The notes beneath the pieces were generated by a model that saw only the letters and a list, made by a program, of their open reading frames with translations, ran no database searches and was not told the DNA's origin. The position numbers were made by a program, and so were the translations under genes. Source: Candidatus Aerophobota bacterium (GTDB lineage Bacteria > Aerophobota > Aerophobia > Aerophobales > B3-G15). Taken from it: a stretch of DNA of 24,164 nucleotides. This document shows, piece after piece, positions 18,422 to 24,164 of this stretch. How positions within the stretch are numbered: position 1 is the first letter of the stretch; the number at the start of each line of letters is the position of its first letter. The stretch covers positions 1-24,164 of the forward strand of contig JAGGTG010000211.1 of assembly GCA_021163905.1 (NCBI GenBank). Direction: 5' to 3'.

Positions 18422-20522
18422 CTTCTTCCACTACCAAGAGAATAGTCTTTTTTGTGAGGAAAAATCAATAGAGGAAATTGCAACAAAGGTGGGGACTCCT
18501 TTTTATATTTACAGTTACAGCTACATTATCCAGAATATTCAACAGCTAAAAAAGGCTTTTTCCCGGTATAATCCTCTTATATGCTACTCCCTAAAGGCAA
18601 ATCCCAATATAACTCTTTGTAGAATAATAGCAAGTTATGGACTGGGAGCAGATATAGTATCAGGAGGTGAATTATATCAGGCCCTTAAAGCGGGATTCCC
18701 TTCAGAAAAAATAGTATACTCTGGTGTAGGTAAAACCCCTGATGAGATTAAATATGCACTTGAAAAAAATATCCTCTTTTTTAATGTAGAGTCTGAACAG
18801 GAACTACAGGAAATCAAAAAAATAGCTGAAAAACTAAATAAAAGAGCCAAAGTTTCCATAAGGATTAACCCGGATATAGATGCAAACACCCACCACTACA
18901 TAACCACCGGAAAAAAGGAGAACAAATTTGGGATACCTTTTCCTCAGGCAGAAAAAATTTACAAAGAGGCATCAAAAATACCCGGTATAGATACAGTTGG
19001 AATTCATATGCATATAGGTTCTCAAATAAAAAACGTTGAGCCATACCTTGAAGCTCTGCAAAGACTAAAAATCTTTATTGATAAATTAACCCGGAAGGGA
19101 ATAAACTTAAGTTATCTTGATATAGGAGGAGGATTTGGGATTAACTACAGGGAAAAAGAAGAAAAATTCCCAATAGAGGAGCTATCTGAAAAAATAGCCC
19201 CATTAGTTCCTCCAGGAATGAGACTAATTATAGAACCAGGAAGATATATAGTTGGAAATGCTGGAGCTCTTATAACAAAATTAATCTATAAAAAATCGGG
19301 TAAGAGAAAAGAATTTTTAATAGTGGATGCTGGAATGAACGATTTGATAAGACCTTCTCTTTATGGGGCTTATCACAGAATTATTCCGGTAAAAAAGTCC
19401 CTTAAAAAATATGGTAAAAAAGTTGATATAGTTGGTCCTATTTGCGAATCCACAGATTTTTTTGCTCAAAATAGACAGTTTCCAGCCATCGAATCAGGTG
19501 AACTTATAGCTATTTTAGATGCAGGAGCCTATGGAGTCTCGATGAGTTCTAACTATAATGGCAGGCCAAGAGTAGCGGAAGTCCTGGTAAAAAACGATAA
19601 CTGGTGGCTAATAAAGCAAAAGGAGAGCTACTGGAATCTTACCCAGGGTCAGATAGTCCCCACAGATATAAATCTATATCACAGGGAAATCATGCTACCA
19701 GCTTCTCCTTCAAGTATAGAATTCTGGAAAATGGAAGGTGCTGGTAATGATTTTATTCTCCTTGATAATCGAGATGAAATTATTAAAAAAAGAGCTGAAC
19801 TTGCACAAAAGCTTTGCCAGAGAAAAAAAGGAATAGGAGCAGATGGTTTAATTTTAATCGAAAGAGCAAAACAGGCCGATTTTTTTATGCGAATTTTTAA
19901 TCCGGATGGATCGGAGGCGGAGATGTGCGGAAATGGAGCAAGATGTGCAGCTCGTTTTGCTTATTTAAAAGGAGTTGCGGGAGAGGAGTGTACTTTTCAG
20001 ACTCTTGCTGGACCGATTAAGGCAAGGATCAAGGAAAACAAAGTTAAAATTAAAATGAGCGATCCTTTTGATTTTAAGAAGGAGGTAAAATTAAGAATTG
20101 ATACCAGAGAATATACAGGTTATTTTATAAATACAGGAGTTCCCCATTTTATCCTTTTTTATGAGTCTGTTGATAAAGTTAAAATTAAGGAAACTGGATT
20201 TAAAATAAGATCTCATAAATATTTCCATCCCGATGGAACAAACGTTGATTTTGTTGAGATAAAAGACGATGGTATCCTGATAAGGACTTATGAGAGAGGA
20301 GTGGAGGATGAAACCCTTGCCTGTGGAACAGGAGCAGTAGCCTCAGCGATAATTAGCCATCTTATCTATAATTTATCTCCCCCTGTTAAGGTGAAGATGA
20401 AAGGAGGGAGTGTTAATGTATGGTTTGAGAGTAATGAGGGTAGCAGGATAAGCAATGTTTTTCTGGAAGGAGAGGCGAATATAACTTATAAAGGTTACTT
20501 AAATGGAGGAGATTATGTTTAA
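18414..20522 (+). CDS. lysA-dapF: Fused diaminopimelate decarboxylase (aa 1-~416) / diaminopimelate epimerase (aa 427-702)
   Basis: LysA motifs YSLKAN, HIGSQ, DIGGGFG, EPGR, GPICES.D, AGAYG..MSSNYN. DapF motifs KMEGAGNDF, EMCGNGARC, ERGVEDETLACGTG. One open frame. Confidence 0.9.
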   Translation: MNSFFHYQENSLFCEEKSIEEIATKVGTPFYIYSYSYIIQNIQQLKKAFSRYNPLICYSLKANPNITLCRIIASYGLGADIVSGGELYQALKAGFPSEKIVYSGVGKTPDEIKYALEKNILFFNVESEQELQEIKKIAEKLNKRAKVSIRINPDIDANTHHYITTGKKENKFGIPFPQAEKIYKEASKIPGIDTVGIHMHIGSQIKNVEPYLEALQRLKIFIDKLTRKGINLSYLDIGGGFGINYREKEEKFPIEELSEKIAPLVPPGMRLIIEPGRYIVGNAGALITKLIYKKSGKRKEFLIVDAGMNDLIRPSLYGAYHRIIPVKKSLKKYGKKVDIVGPICESTDFFAQNRQFPAIESGELIAILDAGAYGVSMSSNYNGRPRVAEVLVKNDNWWLIKQKESYWNLTQGQIVPTDINLYHREIMLPASPSSIEFWKMEGAGNDFILLDNRDEIIKKRAELAQKLCQRKKGIGADGLILIERAKQADFFMRIFNPDGSEAEMCGNGARCAARFAYLKGVAGEECTFQTLAGPIKARIKENKVKIKMSDPFDFKKEVKLRIDTREYTGYFINTGVPHFILFYESVDKVKIKETGFKIRSHKYFHPDGTNVDFVEIKDDGILIRTYERGVEDETLACGTGAVASAIISHLIYNLSPPVKVKMKGGSVNVWFESNEGSRISNVFLEGEANITYKGYLNGGDYV

Positions 20523-21384
20523 AGGATGTTTTGTAGCTCTGGTGACTCCTTTTGTAAAGGGAGAGATAGATGAGGAGAATTTTCGAGGACTAATTCAGTT
20601 CCAACTGGAAAAAGGCATAGATGGAATAGTCCCCTGTGGTACTACGGGAGAGTCTCCAACTTTATCTTATGAGGAGCATAAAAGATTAATCAGGATAACT
20701 GTGGAAGAGGTTAAGGGAAAAGTTCCTGTAATTGCTGGAACAGGATCTAATTCCACAACAGAGGCAGAGGAACTTACAATTTACGCCAAGGAGGTAGGTG
20801 CAGATGCTGCTCTTGTTATAACTCCCTATTACAACAAACCCACCCAGAGTGGAATGGAAAAACACTACCAGAAATTAGCTAAAATCGGGTTCCCAATAAT
20901 TATCTACAATGTTCCTTCTCGCACCGGGGTAAATATACTTCCCTCAACTGTGGAAAAATTAAGCAAACTTAAAAGCATCGTGGGGATAAAGGAGGCCTCA
21001 GGAGATATGGATCAGATCTCTGAGATTATCTCATCCTGCAGTTCTGAATTCTCAGTTCTTTCTGGAAACGATTCTCATACTCTTCCAATTCTCTCATTGG
21101 GAGGAGTGGGAGTAATATCTGTTTTAGCAAACATTTTACCTCAAGAGACCACCCAGCTTGTAAAAGCCTGGTTAGAAGGAGAGATAGAAAGGGCAAAGGA
21201 GCTTCATTACAAACTTCTGCCTTTGTTTAAGGCAATGTTTATTGAAACAAATCCCATACCGGTGAAAACAGCAATGGCAAAACTAAGGATGATCTCAAAG
21301 GAATGGAGGCTTCCCCTGGGAGAGATGAAAGAGGAAAACGAGAAAAAATTAGATAAAATACTTAACAAATACGGTTTAATTTAA
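20515..21384 (+). CDS. dapA: 4-hydroxy-tetrahydrodipicolinate synthase
   Basis: ALVTPF, CGTTGES, GTGSN, PYYNKP, YNVPSRTG, GIKEASG, ETNPIPVK. Start at ATG 20515 after GGAGGAG (track start 20503 lies on the SD). Confidence 0.97.
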   Translation: MFKGCFVALVTPFVKGEIDEENFRGLIQFQLEKGIDGIVPCGTTGESPTLSYEEHKRLIRITVEEVKGKVPVIAGTGSNSTTEAEELTIYAKEVGADAALVITPYYNKPTQSGMEKHYQKLAKIGFPIIIYNVPSRTGVNILPSTVEKLSKLKSIVGIKEASGDMDQISEIISSCSSEFSVLSGNDSHTLPILSLGGVGVISVLANILPQETTQLVKAWLEGEIERAKELHYKLLPLFKAMFIETNPIPVKTAMAKLRMISKEWRLPLGEMKEENEKKLDKILNKYGLI

Positions 21385-21415
21385 TAATTGAATAATTAAA
21401 AAAACTGGGAGAAAA

Positions 21416-21814
21416 ATGGTAAAAACTATTAGTATTTCCACAACTTCGCGTGTCGAGTTTTTAGATATAACCTCAAAAATAGAAGATATAGTTGAGGAGT
21501 CTGGGATTAGAGATGGAATATGCTATATATTCGTTCCTCACACTACAGCAGCTGTTACCATAAATGAAGGAGCCGATCCCAGTGTGCGTCGGGATATAAT
21601 AGCCCAACTTGATAAAATCGTTCCCCCTCGAGGTGATTATACTCACATGGAAGGAAATTCTCCTGCTCACATAAAAGCCTCTCTTATAGGTTCCTCGCAG
21701 ATAGTATTTGTTCAAGAGGGTAGAATTTCACTGGGAACCTGGCAATCTATTTATTTTTGTGAATTTGATGGACCAAGAACAAGGAGGTTAATAGTAAAAA
21801 TTACCGAAAAATAA
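21416..21814 (+). CDS. yjbQ: YjbQ/UPF0047 family protein
   Basis: PHTTAAVTINE, H.EGNSPAHIKASL, LGTWQ.IYFCEFDGPR. Confidence 0.9.
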   Translation: MVKTISISTTSRVEFLDITSKIEDIVEESGIRDGICYIFVPHTTAAVTINEGADPSVRRDIIAQLDKIVPPRGDYTHMEGNSPAHIKASLIGSSQIVFVQEGRISLGTWQSIYFCEFDGPRTRRLIVKITEK

Positions 21815-21839
21815 AAAATATAAGGGGAGGTGAAAAAAT

Positions 21840-22223
21840 ATGCAGCTAAAGCAGGGAGAGGGGGAACTTCAATCAGGAAAAGCCTTAATTAAGGAATTTA
21901 GTGCAGGGGGCAAGAGTTTAAAAGAGAAACTTTTAGATGATAAAGGAACTCTTTATCTTACCAATCGCAGGTTAGTGATGGAAAGAGAAATTTCTCCAGA
22001 AAAATCGGATTTAATATTTGAATTTCCCCTGGAGGCTTTACAAAATGCTGAAATAAAAGGAGTATTTGGCAAAGTTCTTATTATCGAAACAGACCTTTCC
22101 AAGATGAGTTCTGGATTAAAGATAAAGGAGGGCTTTGGCAAGTTTTCTATAAAGATCGATGATCCAAAAACCTGGGTTGCTCAATTAAGTAAAGCAATAA
22201 AAAGTCGAAAAGAGGAAAGATAG
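21840..22223 (+). CDS. Hypothetical protein, PH/GRAM-like fold
   Basis: L..GE start, GTLYLTNRRLV strand, FPLEALQNAE, terminal helix W..QLSKAI. Strong GGGGAGGTG SD. Confidence 0.55.
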   Translation: MQLKQGEGELQSGKALIKEFSAGGKSLKEKLLDDKGTLYLTNRRLVMEREISPEKSDLIFEFPLEALQNAEIKGVFGKVLIIETDLSKMSSGLKIKEGFGKFSIKIDDPKTWVAQLSKAIKSRKEER

Positions 22224-22229
22224 CTACAC

Positions 22230-22281
22230 AAAAAATAAACGGAGGATTGAAAGATCAATCAATCCTCCGGATTTTCTTTTT
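22230..22281. terminator. Bidirectional intrinsic-terminator-like hairpin
   Basis: Perfect 11-bp stem CGGAGGATTGA (22240-22250) / TCAATCCTCCG (22259-22269), 8-nt loop, A-tract before and T-rich tract after. Confidence 0.65.
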
Positions 22282-22285
22282 AAAA

Positions 22286-22774
22286 ATGATAGATGTCTAT
22301 ATTGCTCTTGGAACCAATAGGGGGAGTCGTCTTGGTAATATAAGGCTTGCTCTGGAAAGGTTAAGAAAAACCGTAGTAGTTGAAAAAATATCTTCCCTTT
22401 ATCTTACCCAACCAGTTGATATAAAAGGAGGGTGGTTTATAAACTGTGTGATAAAGGCAAGAACGGACAAGGATCCGCTTCAACTTTTAAACTGCCTTAT
22501 GCAGATAGAAAAAAGAATGGGGAGAATAAGAGGGGAAAGAGAGAAAAGGACAATAGACCTTGATCTTTTATTTTATGGAGAAAAAATCATTAAAAAAAAG
22601 ATGCTAACCATTCCCCATCCCCGACTGCATCAACGCCGATTTGTCCTGGTACCACTTGCGGAAATAAATTCTCAGTTAAAGCACCCTGTTTTTGAAAAGA
22701 CCATTGCTGATTTACTAAGAGAACTTCAGGATTTTCACGAGGTAGAAAAAATTGAGCAGCCAATCAGCAATTAA
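22286..22774 (+). CDS. folK: 2-amino-4-hydroxy-6-hydroxymethyldihydropteridine diphosphokinase
   Basis: YIALGTN, SSLY.T.P, RTIDLDLL, IPHPR..RRFVLVPL. Start at ATG 22286 matches the family N-terminus; track TTG 22247 lies inside the hairpin. Confidence 0.9.
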   Translation: MIDVYIALGTNRGSRLGNIRLALERLRKTVVVEKISSLYLTQPVDIKGGWFINCVIKARTDKDPLQLLNCLMQIEKRMGRIRGEREKRTIDLDLLFYGEKIIKKKMLTIPHPRLHQRRFVLVPLAEINSQLKHPVFEKTIADLLRELQDFHEVEKIEQPISN

Positions 22775-23504
22775 AATAGAGAATCTTGGCAAAATTTATA
22801 CAGGATATCAGGGCTTTTTGAAAAAGAAAAGAGTTTTAGCTTTAAAGAAGGTTAATCTGGAGATAAAAAAGGGAGAGATTTTTGGTCTTCTGGGTTTAAA
22901 TGCGGCAGGCAAAACTACTATATTAAAAATACTTTTGGGTTTTATACGTCCAAGTTGGGGTAAATTTAAAATACTTGGAGAGAGTACACTTACCACAGGG
23001 ATAAGAAAAAAACTGGGTTATCTTCCGGAAGAACCAAGGATCTATGAATTTTTGAGTGCTGAGGAATTTCTGATATTCTGCGGGAGGTTGTTTGGCCTGA
23101 ATAAAAAAGACATAATTTGTAGAACAAATAAGCTGCTGGAGCTTGTAAAAATAAGCTCTGCTGCAAAGAAAAAAATTAAAGAATTCTCTAAGGGAATGAG
23201 CCAACGCTTATCTATCGCCTCTACCTTAATCAATGATCCTGAGATCTTACTTATGGATGAACCCTTAAGCGGATTGGATCCTCTGGGAAGAAAAATCGTA
23301 AAAGAAATTGTGCTTAATCTTAAAAAAAGAGGAAAAACGGTTTTTTTCTCTTCCCATATTCTTGCTGAAGTTGAACAGATAAGTGATCGAATTGGAATTT
23401 TGCATCAAGGAGAACTCCTCTGTGTGGAGGAGGTAAAATTCATCCTTGCAAATTTTCCGTCTTTGGAGGAATTTTTTCTTACAAAGATAGGAATAAATCC
23501 GTAG
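22752..23504 (+). CDS. ABC transporter ATP-binding subunit (stand-alone, PilH-like)
   Basis: Walker A GLNAAGKT, signature FSKGMSQR, Walker B/D-loop LLMDEPLSGLDP, H-loop FSSHIL. TTG start. Confidence 0.9.
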   Translation: MSSQSAIKIENLGKIYTGYQGFLKKKRVLALKKVNLEIKKGEIFGLLGLNAAGKTTILKILLGFIRPSWGKFKILGESTLTTGIRKKLGYLPEEPRIYEFLSAEEFLIFCGRLFGLNKKDIICRTNKLLELVKISSAAKKKIKEFSKGMSQRLSIASTLINDPEILLMDEPLSGLDPLGRKIVKEIVLNLKKRGKTVFFSSHILAEVEQISDRIGILHQGELLCVEEVKFILANFPSLEEFFLTKIGINP

Positions 23505-23550
23505 ATAAGGCTCCAGATTACCGAAAAGTTCTATGATTTAACCCGTAAAG

Positions 23551-23579
23551 TTGACAGGGAAGGTTTTCTCTAATATAAT
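23551..23579 (+). promoter_or_regulatory. Perfect consensus sigma70 promoter
   Basis: TTGACA (23551-23556), 17 nt, TATAAT (23574-23579). Confidence 0.85.
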
Positions 23580-23671
23580 TAAGAAACTATTATTCCACAG
23601 GTTAAAGCTGTGCTCATCGTTAGTGTACTATCCTGTAAGTTGTGTTCTTACCTTTTAAATCAAATCAAGTT

Positions 23672-23690
23672 CAGGTAATTCAATTACCTG
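23672..23690 (+). promoter_or_regulatory. Perfect palindrome/hairpin in the yicC 5' leader
   Basis: CAGGTAATT-C-AATTACCTG. Confidence 0.5.
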
Positions 23691-23717
23691 CTGTAAGCAG
23701 AGAAAAAGAGGTAAAAG

Positions 23718-24164
23718 TTGACAAGTATGACCGGATACGGGGAAAAATTAGTGAGAGGAGAGGGCACGGATATCTTTGTTCAGATAAAAACACTTAACCA
23801 TCGTTTTTTTCAGATAGATATCTTTCCCTCAGAGGACATACCCTGGAGCTGGGAGAAAAAAATAGAGGAAAAAATAAAAAAGAAAATCCACCGGGGAAAG
23901 GTACTTGTTAATTTAAAGATATCTAAAAAAGAAAATAAATCTTTAAAGATAAAGCCAAATTTTGACTTGGCAGCTTCTTATCTTAAAGGATTAAAAGAAC
24001 TTCAAAAAAAACTAAATATAAAAGAACAGATAAAGCTCTCTCATCTGTTAAGTATACCGGGCATCTTGAGAAGCGAAGAGGAGCAGGAAGAAAATATAGA
24101 GACTATGATCCAAGAGGGGATAGACAGGGCGCTGGAGCAGGTAATCAAAACAAGACAAAGGGAA
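23718..24164 (+). CDS. yicC: YicC/YloC family endoribonuclease, 5' part only (runs off the window end)
   Basis: Own translation, not in the track: TTG-start (M)TSMTGYG...IKTLNHRF...IHRGKV...RALEQVIKTRQRE. GAGGT SD at 23708-23712. Open for 149 codons to the window edge. Confidence 0.88.
   Translation, partial: MTSMTGYGEKLVRGEGTDIFVQIKTLNHRFFQIDIFPSEDIPWSWEKKIEEKIKKKIHRGKVLVNLKISKKENKSLKIKPNFDLAASYLKGLKELQKKLNIKEQIKLSHLLSIPGILRSEEEQEENIETMIQEGIDRALEQVIKTRQRE

Noticed and set aside
20503-20514. Track start for dapA
   Set aside because: These codons overlap the GGAGGAG SD. ATG 20515 fits the family.
21416-21814. Calling YjbQ a thiamine-phosphate synthase, or a FolB substitute because folK is near
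   Set aside because: The former is a reported side activity of the family. A strong hairpin separates yjbQ from folK and there is no thiamine context.
22247-22285. Track TTG start for folK
   Set aside because: It directly abuts GGAGGA (zero spacing) inside the hairpin. ATG 22286 matches the family N-terminus.
1-24164. CRISPR arrays, tRNA/rRNA, IS elements, prophage or defence genes
   Set aside because: No repeat-spacer periodicity, RNA-gene signatures, or transposase/integrase/nuclease motifs were seen, and the intergenic gaps are short.

Overview
AT-rich bacterial chromosomal window, densely coding and mostly housekeeping. There are four blocks. (1) 219-7213 (+): an iron-sulfur flavoprotein, then a surface-glycan cluster of GT4, three tandem GT2 paralogues, an O-antigen-ligase-like membrane protein and an LpxB-related glycosyltransferase. 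(2) 7210-16420 (-): a probable operon with all seven shikimate steps (aroE, aroC, aroK-aroB fusion, aroQ, pheA, aroF, aroA), followed by a TPR-like protein and panC. tyrA is absent and an inverted heptamer-repeat hairpin lies between aroF and aroA. (3) 16553-23504 (+): an orphan membrane protein, argH, a 702-aa LysA-DapF fusion, dapA, yjbQ, a PH-like protein, folK and an ABC ATPase with no permease nearby. (4) 23551-end: a perfect sigma70 promoter, a ~130-nt leader with potential alternative pairings, and a 5'-partial yicC/yloC gene not in the ORF track. No rRNA, tRNA, CRISPR array or transposase/integrase was seen. The most notable items are the LysA-DapF fusion, the LpxB-related glycan cluster, the short-period repeat elements, the separated TPR/ABC-ATPase pair and the yicC leader. 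All family calls are from motif recognition; no database searches were run.
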